A stretch of 54,661 nucleotides of DNA from a virus (Duplodnaviria; Caudoviricetes): IMG/VR virus record IMGVR_UViG_3300025030_000021, positions 1 to 54,661 of that record; one strand, given 5' to 3'. The notes beneath the pieces are model-generated. The model did no database searches and had not been told where the DNA came from. It saw nothing but the letters and a program-made list of their open reading frames with translations. A program made the translations under genes and the position numbers. This document shows, piece by piece, positions 53,841-54,661 of the stretch (its first letter is position 1; each line of letters begins with the position of its first letter).

Positions 53841-54394
53841 TCATCCCTCACGCTGATGGGTAACCAATACTCGCAATCTTCCCGCTTTTCGCGCGCCCTC
53901 GCTATTTCTATGGCATAGAGACAATCATCCTCTTCATCCGTACCAATTACGCAAGAATCCGCCACCTCACCTGATGCGAGTTCGCAATGGCAACCATACA
54001 CCTCCGGCACCTTGGCGGGCTCCGCATACCGACCCTTGCTACAGCACATGTGATTACCCACCGCGCTCTGGTGTATCCCGTTTTCTACCGGCATACCGGA
54101 GTTGCAACCGTCGCACTGGTTGGCGGGCTCGGATGGAATAGCGGCGAGGATGGCCTTCTCTATACATTCAGCGATCATCCCGCCCTCATACAGCGCCCTA
54201 CCACTGAAAAATTTAACAGCTATCACCCCCGCCGCCCGCATACCGCCCTTGAACGCTTCCGCCCGCGCTCTGGCTATCTCCGCGTCCGCCGCCTGCTGCA
54301 CCTCGTCCCATACCTGCAATAACGCCTTACCCACGCTCACGCTGTCGGGGAAAGCTGTCTGGCTCTGTATCTCCTTGATTCTGTCGCTATTCAT
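53837..54394 (-). CDS. Modular hypothetical protein with C-terminal GCHC Cys-rich domain
   Basis: VPEVYGCHCEL..GE..DSCV......DC...CEYW; AAGGAG RBS. Confidence 0.7.
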   Translation of the reverse strand: MNSDRIKEIQSQTAFPDSVSVGKALLQVWDEVQQAADAEIARARAEAFKGGMRAAGVIAVKFFSGRALYEGGMIAECIEKAILAAIPSEPANQCDGCNSGMPVENGIHQSAVGNHMCCSKGRYAEPAKVPEVYGCHCELASGEVADSCVIGTDEEDDCLYAIEIARAREKREDCEYWLPISVRDE

Positions 54395-54540
54395 TTTGGC
54401 TCCTTAGTGGGCTCATCGTCGGCATCCATCGAGTAAAAGACGCTGCCGCATGTTGCGCACTTCTCCATATCGTAGCCCTGTTCAACATCATCCTCGTTGG
54501 CGCAATACGTCACTGGACATCCACATTTCGGGCAACTCAT
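54391..54540 (-). CDS. Small Zn-ribbon protein (49 aa; not in ORF track)
   Basis: MSCPKCG...KCATCG; ATGA coupling. Confidence 0.6.
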   Translation of the reverse strand: MSCPKCGCPVTYCANEDDVEQGYDMEKCATCGSVFYSMDADDEPTKEPK

Positions 54541-54661
54541 GGCCGAACCGCCTCTGCCTTCGGTCCACTACACTCTTCGCAGAGAGTTACCGGAGTAGCC
54601 GGGCCAAATCCGCACCAGTCACAAGAACCGTCGCCAGGATGCGGGACCAGCGATTGGAGGG
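54535..54661. repeat. Terminal direct repeat, copy 2
   Basis: Identical to 1..127. Confidence 0.95.

Noticed and set aside
1-54661. CRISPR array, rRNA/tRNA genes or genome-wide stop-codon reassignment
   Set aside because: No regularly spaced repeats or RNA gene folds were seen; core genes are intact in the standard code and end in all three stop codons

Overview
The window is an apparently complete temperate siphovirus-type phage genome of about 54.5 kb. The first and last 127 bp are identical, which is most likely an assembly overlap of a circular contig. The SSB sequence and the captured surface-protein domains suggest a Geobacter-like deltaproteobacterial host (inference). Modules: (1) early/replication genes on the minus strand (SF2 helicase, CHC2 zinc-finger protein, short initiator with ori-like repeats, DNA methyltransferase, SSB, Holliday junction resolvase, AAA_24 ATPase, gp157-like protein, many small CxxC proteins); (2) a cro/cI switch, tyrosine integrase and attP-like region at about 15.3-17.6 kb; (3) GH19 endolysin, two tandem beta-helix tailspikes and a standard non-contractile tail module with a -1 frameshift chaperone; (4) neck, capsid and scaffold genes; (5) a plus-strand island that splits the head module; (6) MuF, a head-spike cluster, portal and terminases; (7) an HNH endonuclease and an intein-containing metallophosphoesterase. 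Most unusual observations: a head-spike base gene (RcGTA Rcc01079-like) followed by a fibre whose (F-G)n docking motif lies directly behind a Sec signal peptide, plus a second secreted beta-helix protein; an ADP-ribosyltransferase-like domain inserted inside MuF; three long, promoter-driven, highly structured non-coding RNAs; and a genome-wide 15-bp palindromic operator at a near-fixed distance from sigma70 promoters. All family assignments come from motif recognition by eye; no database search was run.
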